Shown: piece by piece, positions 56,388-64,000 of the stretch
How positions within the stretch are numbered: position 1 is the first letter of the stretch
Layout of the letters: each line of letters starts with the position of its first letter
Source: Candidatus Lustribacter sp.
GTDB lineage: Bacteria; Vulcanimicrobiota; Vulcanimicrobiia; Vulcanimicrobiales; Vulcanimicrobiaceae
DNA: 64,000 nt
Direction: 5' to 3'
NCBI GenBank assembly: GCA_965277805.1
Contig: OZ255842.1
Span: forward strand, 480,001-544,000
The notes under the pieces: generated by a model
What the model was told of the DNA's origin: nothing
Database searches by the model: none
Seen by the model: only the letters and a program-made list of their open reading frames with translations
Translations under genes and position numbers: made by a program

Positions 56388-57554
56388 GTGGACGTGCATG
56401 CCGGTGTTCTGACCGCCATCGCAATACTCGGCGTGGCGCTGCTCGTCGGCGTGGCTGCCGAACGGCTGCGCATTCCGTATATCGTTGCGCTGCTCGTCGT
56501 GACGCTGCCGTTACCGCCGTTGCAGTCGGACGAACACTTCGCGGAGGCGTTTCTGGTCGTGCTGCTGCCGACGCTGGTCTTCGATGCGGCCTGGAATCTC
56601 AACGTCGCTGAGTTGCTGATCGCCTGGCGGGCGATCGCGTGGATGGCCGTGCCGGGCGTGCTCATCACGATCGGCGCGGTCGGCGGCGGCCTCGCGCTGC
56701 TCGGCATCTTGCCGATCGTCCCCGCGCTGCTGCTCGGCGCGATCGTTGCCCCAACCGATCCGATCGCCGTGATCGCAACGTTCAAACGTTTGCAGGTGCC
56801 GGCGGAACTGGCCGTCACCGTCGAGGGCGAATCGCTCTTCAACGACGGCGTTGCGGTGGTGATGTACACGGCGTTCGCGCTGGCACTCGAGCACGGCACG
56901 CCGGTCGCGCCGCTCACGCTCGCCTGGAACGTCGTGGCGGTCTCAATCGGCGGCGGGGCGATCGGGGTCGCCGTCGCCGGCATCGCGTACCTCATCGTGC
57001 GCTGGACGCTCGATCGCGATCTGCACGTGATCGGCAGCCTGCTGGTGGCGTACGGTGCGTACATGGGCGCAGAAGAGCTGCACGTCTCGGGTATATTCGC
57101 CGCGCTCTGCGGCGGCATCGCGTATCGCTGGTTCGAACACCGGACCAACGACGACGCGATCGTCGAACACGTCCATACGTTCTGGACCATCGCGGCGTTC
57201 TTCGCCAACACGATCGTCTTCATGCTGGTCGGTGCGCGCATCGAAATCGGGCGCGTGCTCGCGCATCCGTCGATCGTGTTCGGGACGCTCGTGCTGGTGC
57301 TCGTGTCGCGACTGGCCGTCGTATACGGCGGCCTGCCGTTCCTCGGCGTGCCGCAGCGGGCGTGGCAGCACGTGATCGCGCTCTCGGGGATTCGCGGCGG
57401 CATCTCGCTTGCGCTCGCGCTCTCGCTCCCGGCCGCGCTGCCGTTTCGCGACGACATCGTCGATGCGGTCTACGGCGTGGTCGCGGTAACGATCCTCGTG
57501 CAGGGTTTGGCGCTCGCACCGATCATGCGCCGTCTGCAGTTGGAGCCGGCGTGA
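56388..57554 (+). CDS. CPA1 family Na+/H+ antiporter
   Basis: LLPTLVFDAA, APTDPIAV, EGESLFNDG, HVSG, GIRG. Confidence 0.9.
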   Translation: MDVHAGVLTAIAILGVALLVGVAAERLRIPYIVALLVVTLPLPPLQSDEHFAEAFLVVLLPTLVFDAAWNLNVAELLIAWRAIAWMAVPGVLITIGAVGGGLALLGILPIVPALLLGAIVAPTDPIAVIATFKRLQVPAELAVTVEGESLFNDGVAVVMYTAFALALEHGTPVAPLTLAWNVVAVSIGGGAIGVAVAGIAYLIVRWTLDRDLHVIGSLLVAYGAYMGAEELHVSGIFAALCGGIAYRWFEHRTNDDAIVEHVHTFWTIAAFFANTIVFMLVGARIEIGRVLAHPSIVFGTLVLVLVSRLAVVYGGLPFLGVPQRAWQHVIALSGIRGGISLALALSLPAALPFRDDIVDAVYGVVAVTILVQGLALAPIMRRLQLEPA

Positions 57555-58564
57555 GCGAGCTGCACGTCGCCGTCGATGCCCGCTTTGCCGTGCTCGACCA
57601 GCGCGGCATCGGACGTTATACGCGCGCGCTGATCGCGCAGTTCGTTGCGCGGCCCGGCGTGCGCTTGTCGTTCGTCGCACCCGGCTTATTCGCGCCGCGG
57701 CGGCGGATTGCCGCGATACTCGGCGTTGAACGCAGCCGCGTCGTTTCGGCGGTGCCGGCGGATGCGGACGTGCTGTGGAGCCCGTCGAACGGTACCGACC
57801 TCGTCACCAGCGTGCCGTGCGTGACGACCGTGCACGACGTCGTTCCGTTCATGTTTCCGGCCGAAGGCTTCAAGGTGCGCGAAGCGGAGCAAGGGCCGTT
57901 GCGGCGGACGGCGCAGCGCGCGCGCACGATCATCGCCGATTCACGCTACATCGCGGGCGAGATCGCGCTGCGCATGAAGGTCGAGCCCGAACGCATCGCG
58001 GTCGCGCCGCTCGGCGTGACCGAACCGTTCGTTGCCGCGGGTGAACGCGGCACGCTCGACGACGGCCGGCAGTACGTGCTGCACGTCGGCGCGCACGACA
58101 TGCGCAAGAACGTGCGCACGCTCGTGGCGGCGTGGCAAGCGGCGTTTCCAACCGCCGACGTTGCGCTCGCCTTCACGCGCAAGCCCGAGATTCTGCCGCC
58201 CGGTGCGGTGGTGGTCGACGCACCGTCGGACGAGCGGCTGGCGGCGTTTTATCGCGGCGCGTTGTTCGTCGCGGTGCCGTCGCTCGATGAAGGCTTCGGC
58301 TTGCCGCTGCTCGAGGCAATGGCGTGCGGCGCGCCGGCCGTTGCCTCGAAGGTTGCCGCGCTGCCGGAAGTCGGCGGCGATGCGCCGGCGTGGGTCGACG
58401 ATCCCGACGATGTCGACAAGTGGGCGTTCACGTTTCGCGGGCTGACGCGGCAGCCCGAACTCTTGGCGACGCTGGCGGAACGCGGTCCGGCGCAAGCGGC
58501 GAAGTTCACCTGGGCGCGTTGCGCCGATCTCACGCTCGCCGCGCTGCAGCGGCTGCCCGCATGA
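57551..58564 (+). CDS. GT4 glycosyltransferase
   Basis: GIGRY, TVHDV, RKN, PSLDEGFGLPLLEAMACG. Confidence 0.9.
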   Translation: MSELHVAVDARFAVLDQRGIGRYTRALIAQFVARPGVRLSFVAPGLFAPRRRIAAILGVERSRVVSAVPADADVLWSPSNGTDLVTSVPCVTTVHDVVPFMFPAEGFKVREAEQGPLRRTAQRARTIIADSRYIAGEIALRMKVEPERIAVAPLGVTEPFVAAGERGTLDDGRQYVLHVGAHDMRKNVRTLVAAWQAAFPTADVALAFTRKPEILPPGAVVVDAPSDERLAAFYRGALFVAVPSLDEGFGLPLLEAMACGAPAVASKVAALPEVGGDAPAWVDDPDDVDKWAFTFRGLTRQPELLATLAERGPAQAAKFTWARCADLTLAALQRLPA

Positions 58565-59532
58565 CGGCGCGCCTGCACGTCGCGGTCGACATGACGAATC
58601 TCAAGGGCGACTGGCGCGGCATCACGCGCTACGTGCGCGCGGTGTTCCCGCGCCTGTCCGCCCGCGATGACGTGCGCCTGACCAAGGTCAACCCCCGCTG
58701 GTTCGGTTACCACGTTCCGCGCAGCGCCGACGTGGTGTGGCATCCGGCCAACGGCACGTTCTTCGATTCGCGCGCGCCGTCGGTCGTGACGATTCACGAC
58801 GCGGTCCCGTTCCGCTTTGCCGCGGACGATGACAAGAAGCGCGCGAACGAGCAGGGCCCGTTCTTGCGCTCGGCCGCAACCGCTGCGGCGATCATCGTCG
58901 ACTCGCAGTTCACCTCGCGCGAAGTCGGCACATTTTTGGGAGTAACGGCGGAGCGGCTCAACGTCGTTTCGCTGGGCGTCACGGCGCCGTTCACCGCCGG
59001 CGGCACGCGCGGCAGGCTGCCCGACGGACGGCCCTACGTGCTGCACGTCGGCGCGCACGACCCGCGCAAGAACGTGCCCACGCTGATCGCTGCCTGGCAA
59101 GCGGCATTTCCCGCAGCTGAGGTGGCGCTCGCCTTTACGCGTAAGCCCGGCGTGCTGCCGCACGGCGCGGTCGTGCTGGATGCGCCGTCGGACGAACGGC
59201 TGGCGGAATTTTACCGCGGCGCGTTGGTCGTCGCGGTACCCTCACTCGATGAGGGTTTCGGCTTGCCGCTGCTCGAGGCGCTGGGCTGCGGGTGCGCGGT
59301 CGTTGCATCGCGCGTCGCCGCGTTGCCGGAAGTCGGCGGTCAAGCGTGCGCGTGGGTCGACGATCCGCGCGACGTTGCGGCGTGGGCCGAGGCGCTGCGC
59401 GTGCTAGCCCAAGACGAACCGGTGCGCCGTCAGCTCGCGAGCTTGGCGTTCGAACGCGCCGCGCTGTTCTCGTGGGACCGCTGTGCGGCAAAGACGTACA
59501 ACGTGCTAGCCGCGGCTGCGCTCCAGCGCTAA
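58561..59532 (+). CDS. GT4 glycosyltransferase (tandem paralogue)
   Basis: GITRY, TIHDA, PRKN, PSLDEGFGLPLLEALGCG. Confidence 0.9.
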   Translation: MTARLHVAVDMTNLKGDWRGITRYVRAVFPRLSARDDVRLTKVNPRWFGYHVPRSADVVWHPANGTFFDSRAPSVVTIHDAVPFRFAADDDKKRANEQGPFLRSAATAAAIIVDSQFTSREVGTFLGVTAERLNVVSLGVTAPFTAGGTRGRLPDGRPYVLHVGAHDPRKNVPTLIAAWQAAFPAAEVALAFTRKPGVLPHGAVVLDAPSDERLAEFYRGALVVAVPSLDEGFGLPLLEALGCGCAVVASRVAALPEVGGQACAWVDDPRDVAAWAEALRVLAQDEPVRRQLASLAFERAALFSWDRCAAKTYNVLAAAALQR

Positions 59533-60480
59533 TCTGATGCGCGGATGGGCCGCGACGACGTCGGGATAGTCGCCCAGCGCGCGCGCGATGTACGTGCGCT
59601 CGTGCGGGTTGTCGCTCTGGATCGTGCGCAAGACGTCGCGTTCGAGTTGCGCGCTGTCAGGCGGTGCGGCGGAAATGCGTGCACCCTGCGCGCGAAACGC
59701 CGCCACGTCTTTGACGCAGAAATAGTTCACGCAGACGCGTCCCTGCAGCGCTTGCGGATCGATCGGGTAGAAGCTCGTCGGCCGCAGCGGCCGCTTCGAG
59801 CGCACGCCGAAGAGATGATAGCCCAGCCGCGTGAGCGCAGTCGCGAGCGACGTGGGTGTTTCGCCGAACCAGTGCAGACAGTGGCCGTTCGACTCGATGA
59901 ACAGCGCCGGAGCATCGGGCCCGGAGAGCAATCGCTGCGCGCCCGCGATGGCTTGGAGTTCGGCACCCTCGATGTCCATCTTGATGAAGCCGACCGGCTG
60001 CGCTTCGGGCGTGCGCAGGAGCCACGTATCCAGGTCGATCGCTTCAACGCTCGTCACCGTGCCGTTTGAGATGGGGTCGCCGCCGGCGACAATGTGACCC
60101 TCGGGTCCGGCCGAGATGAATTGCAGCGTTCCCGCGCGATCGCTGACGGCGGCCTCGACGATCGTCCAGCGATCGAAGCCGTTGGCGTCGCGTGCCGCGC
60201 GCAGCAGCGCCGCATTGGCCGGCGACGCCTCGAAGCTGACCACGCGATGACCGCGGCTGCGAAAATACGCCGACGCGAGGCCGACGTGCGCTCCGACGTC
60301 CAGCACGCTTGTCCCCGGCGGAACGAACGGCGCCACGTCGCGAAATTCGAGGAAGACCGATGGATCGCGCTGCCTGATTGAATTGCTGATCGAGTCGGTC
60401 GCGTCGTCGGCGGCGAGCACGACGACGTTCCGGCCTTCGATGCTATACCGTTGGAGGATCGTGCCGGGGAAACGCGTCAT
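59506..60480 (-). CDS. FkbM-family methyltransferase
   Basis: LDVGAHVG, SFEASP, AAVSD, FIKMDIEGAE. Confidence 0.87.
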   Translation of the reverse strand: MTRFPGTILQRYSIEGRNVVVLAADDATDSISNSIRQRDPSVFLEFRDVAPFVPPGTSVLDVGAHVGLASAYFRSRGHRVVSFEASPANAALLRAARDANGFDRWTIVEAAVSDRAGTLQFISAGPEGHIVAGGDPISNGTVTSVEAIDLDTWLLRTPEAQPVGFIKMDIEGAELQAIAGAQRLLSGPDAPALFIESNGHCLHWFGETPTSLATALTRLGYHLFGVRSKRPLRPTSFYPIDPQALQGRVCVNYFCVKDVAAFRAQGARISAAPPDSAQLERDVLRTIQSDNPHERTYIARALGDYPDVVAAHPRIRLALERSRG

Positions 60481-60500
60481 ACCGGGGTACTTCTACAACA

Positions 60501-61835
60501 ATGAAACCGATCCACTGCGTCGCCCTCTTCGCGCTCTGCGCAATGGTCGCGGGTTCCGGCGGCCGCCTGGCGGCGCAAACGTCCGATATCAGTCTGCTCG
60601 ATCTGGTGGAAACCGAGTTCGGCTATACGACGATCAGCGACCAGTATCAACAGCCGGTTGCGCCGCAACGATTGCTCGACGGCGCGCGCGTAGGCCTCGT
60701 TGCCTATCTGCGTTCGCGCGGGATCGCGCAGCCGAACGTCGGCGTCATGCATGCGCACCCCGATGGTCGCGGCGCCGTGCCCGCCATCGAGCAGCAGATC
60801 GGTCTCGCGATCCAACGTTACGGCACGCGTGTCAGCGCGCTCGCGCTCGTCTACGCCGCGATTCGCGGCGAGGTCGCGGCGCTGAACGATCCGTACTCGG
60901 TGTTCTTCACGGCCAAAGACGTGAAGGGCTTCAGCGCGGCGATCGACGGCACGGCATTCGGCGGCATCGGCGTGCAGCTGGCATACGACGATGCGACCAA
61001 GCAATGGCGCGCGGATACCGTCTTCGACGGAAGTCCGGCGGCCAAGGCGGGCCTGCTGGCGGGCGACGTGCTCGCCTCCGTCGACGGCACGAGCCTCAGC
61101 GGTCTCGACAACGCGCACATCGAGGCGCTCTTGCGCGGTGCGATCGGGTCGACCGTGCACCTCGCGATCGTTCGTAACGGTGCCCCGCTGGCTGCGCCGC
61201 TGACGATCGTGCGCGCTGCGGTCACGCCGCCCGACGTGACGCAGCGGCTCTTGCCCGGCGGCGTGGGCTACGTGGCACTGCGTTCGTTTTCGCAAGACGC
61301 GGGCACGAAAGTGCGCGACGCGCTGCTGGCGCTCGCGAAGCTAGGTGCGCGCGCGTACGTCTTCGATTTGCGCGGCAATGGCGGCGGCTATGAGAGCGCG
61401 GCCGTGCACGTGGCGTCGGCGTTCATTGCCGACGGGCCGATCGTGGCCAACGCGGGGCGCGACGGCAAACGGCGCGTGTCGGATGCCGACGGCAATGCCG
61501 TGCCCAAGCTGCCGCTCGCGGTGCTGGCCGATCACGATTCGGCCTCGGGAGCGGAGCTCGTGGCGGGCGCGATTCAGGATCGGCACGCCGGCACGCTGAT
61601 CGGAACGCGCACGTTCGGCAAAGGCCTCGCGCAGACGATGTTTCAGTTGCCCGACGGATCGGCCATCAAGTTGACGACGGCGCGCTACTATACCGCCGGC
61701 GGACGGTTCATCGACAAGATCGGATTGCAGCCCGATATTCCCGTCGATGAGCCGGCCGGCTCGCAGCCGGGCGTCCCGGGAGCGGATCCGCAGCTCGACC
61801 GCGCGCTGGAATTGCTCCTGCGGCCTGGTGTATGA
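60501..61835 (+). CDS. S41 carboxyl-terminal processing peptidase
   Basis: DPYS, GGIG, PDZ, DLRGNGGG, SASGAE, TFGKG, KLTTARY. Confidence 0.9.
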   Translation: MKPIHCVALFALCAMVAGSGGRLAAQTSDISLLDLVETEFGYTTISDQYQQPVAPQRLLDGARVGLVAYLRSRGIAQPNVGVMHAHPDGRGAVPAIEQQIGLAIQRYGTRVSALALVYAAIRGEVAALNDPYSVFFTAKDVKGFSAAIDGTAFGGIGVQLAYDDATKQWRADTVFDGSPAAKAGLLAGDVLASVDGTSLSGLDNAHIEALLRGAIGSTVHLAIVRNGAPLAAPLTIVRAAVTPPDVTQRLLPGGVGYVALRSFSQDAGTKVRDALLALAKLGARAYVFDLRGNGGGYESAAVHVASAFIADGPIVANAGRDGKRRVSDADGNAVPKLPLAVLADHDSASGAELVAGAIQDRHAGTLIGTRTFGKGLAQTMFQLPDGSAIKLTTARYYTAGGRFIDKIGLQPDIPVDEPAGSQPGVPGADPQLDRALELLLRPGV

Positions 61836-61842
61836 TAGGCGG

Positions 61843-62712
61843 ATGACCACGCCAGCCGCGTCTCGAGGCGCAGACTTCGTCCTCACGCTTTCGTGCGCCG
61901 ACATCGTCGGCATCGTGCACGCCGTTTCGGGCTTCCTCGTCGAACACGGCTGCAACATCGTCGACAGCGCGCAGTTCGGCGATCCGGATACGCAGCGGTT
62001 CTTCATGCGGGTGGCGTTCGCGTCCGGCGACGCGCTGGTGGGCGAGCTGCAAACGGCATTCGCGCCGGTCGGGCAACGCTTCGATATGGCCTACGAGATC
62101 CGCGACTTGAGCGTGAAGCCGCGCGTCGCGATTATGGTCTCGCGGTACGGACACTGCCTGAACGATCTGCTCTTCCGCTACGGCTCGGGCGATCTGCAGG
62201 TCGAGATCCCTGCCATCATTTCGAATCACCAAGATTTCGCCGGCCTCGCCGCGTCCTACGAGATCCCGTTCCACTACATTCCGGTATCGGCGGAAACCGC
62301 GCCGGCTGCTGAAGCGCAGCTACTCGAAATTCTCGAGCGCGAACGAGTGGATCTGCTCGTGCTCGCGCGCTACATGCGTATTCTCTCCGACGCCACGTGC
62401 CGGCGTTTGACCGGACGCGCGATCAATATCCACCATTCGTTTTTGCCGAGCTTCAAGGGTGCGAACCCCTACGCGCAGGCCTATGCGCGGGGCGTGAAGC
62501 TGATCGGTGCCACTGCCCACTACGTCACGAGCGACCTCGACGAAGGCCCGATCATCGAGCAGGACGTCGAGCGCGTCGATCACGCCTCGTCGGTGGCCGA
62601 TTTCGTCGCGATCGGGCGTGATATCGAGAGCCGCGTGCTGGCGCGTGCGGTGAAGTTCCACGTCGCCCAGCGCGTGCTGCCGAACGGCCCGCGGACCGTC
62701 GTCTTCCGCTAG
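61843..62712 (+). CDS. purU: Formyltetrahydrofolate deformylase
   Basis: ACT domain (GIVHAVS, FFMR), HCLNDLL, LARYM, INIHHSFLPSFKGA, GPIIEQ. Confidence 0.93.
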   Translation: MTTPAASRGADFVLTLSCADIVGIVHAVSGFLVEHGCNIVDSAQFGDPDTQRFFMRVAFASGDALVGELQTAFAPVGQRFDMAYEIRDLSVKPRVAIMVSRYGHCLNDLLFRYGSGDLQVEIPAIISNHQDFAGLAASYEIPFHYIPVSAETAPAAEAQLLEILERERVDLLVLARYMRILSDATCRRLTGRAINIHHSFLPSFKGANPYAQAYARGVKLIGATAHYVTSDLDEGPIIEQDVERVDHASSVADFVAIGRDIESRVLARAVKFHVAQRVLPNGPRTVVFR

Positions 62713-62731
62713 AATGGGTAAAAGCACCGGT

Positions 62732-63078
62732 ATGAAGCGCTGCGCACTGGTCCTCTCGATTCTCATCGCCGCTGCGACGGCCGTCCCAGCCGTTGCTCAG
62801 ACGGCCCGCCCGACGCCGACGTCGCCGGCCAACTATGCCAAGGTTCACCACGTCTCGACCCTCACGAATCCGGGCAGTCAGCGGAACAAGGTGCTCCCGA
62901 TGAACGGCGCCGGCTGCACGAGCGGGGTGATGGCGAACCGCGCCCAGTTGGCGGTCAACCCGATCAACGGTCAGGCGCAGGCCGCGCCGATCGTCTCGAT
63001 CCCGCTCACCAAAGGCGGCGGCAGCATAGCCGACGCCACGACGCGGGAGCAGCAAGCACACGCCTGCGCCCATACGCG

Positions 63079-63082
<4 letters not shown>
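62732..63082 (+). CDS. Small secreted hypothetical protein
   Basis: Signal peptide MKRCALVLSILIAAATAVPAVA. Two Cys in the mature part. Confidence 0.6.
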
Positions 63083-63999
<917 letters not shown>

Positions 64000-64000
64000 G

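Noticed and set aside
61843-62712. purU as a C1 sink for formaldehyde from O-demethylation
   Set aside because: It is ~28 kb away in a housekeeping context and no other C1 genes are present, so there is no sequence support.

Overview
A GC-rich (roughly two-thirds GC by eye), gene-dense bacterial window. Housekeeping genes sit at both ends (leuCDB on the left; CPA1 antiporter, two GT4s, S41 peptidase, purU and a partial pfk-family gene on the right). Between them (~3-56 kb) is a mosaic of aromatic/N-heterocycle catabolic operons: a CoxG + three-subunit molybdenum hydroxylase + UbiD operon with a remote ubiX; three Rieske oxygenase large subunits, including a close LigXa-like enzyme coupled to a LigZ-like ring-cleavage dioxygenase; an FAD monooxygenase/FAH operon; two luciferase-like monooxygenases; and eight ABC substrate-binding proteins with only one permease/ATPase pair. 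The most intriguing system is an uncharacterised catabolic cluster that appears split into two IclR-containing halves. One half holds a small HTH-like protein, Rieske, atypical SDR, ThDP enzyme and ALDH. The other holds an SDR, VOC dioxygenase, bicupin and an alpha/beta-hydrolase fused to an aspartate-dehydrogenase-like domain. Smaller signals are a 26-aa membrane microprotein missed by the ORF track, an E. coli-like Ada box at -57 from an apparently leaderless ada, a ~130-bp palindromic REP/MITE-like element supplying the C-terminus of a DoxX gene, and convergent genes that abut or overlap without terminators. No rRNA, tRNA, CRISPR array or transposase was seen. The style suggests a soil bacterium such as Eremiobacterota/Vulcanimicrobiota, but that is weak inference. 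All family calls come from motif recognition and recalled sequences, not database searches.
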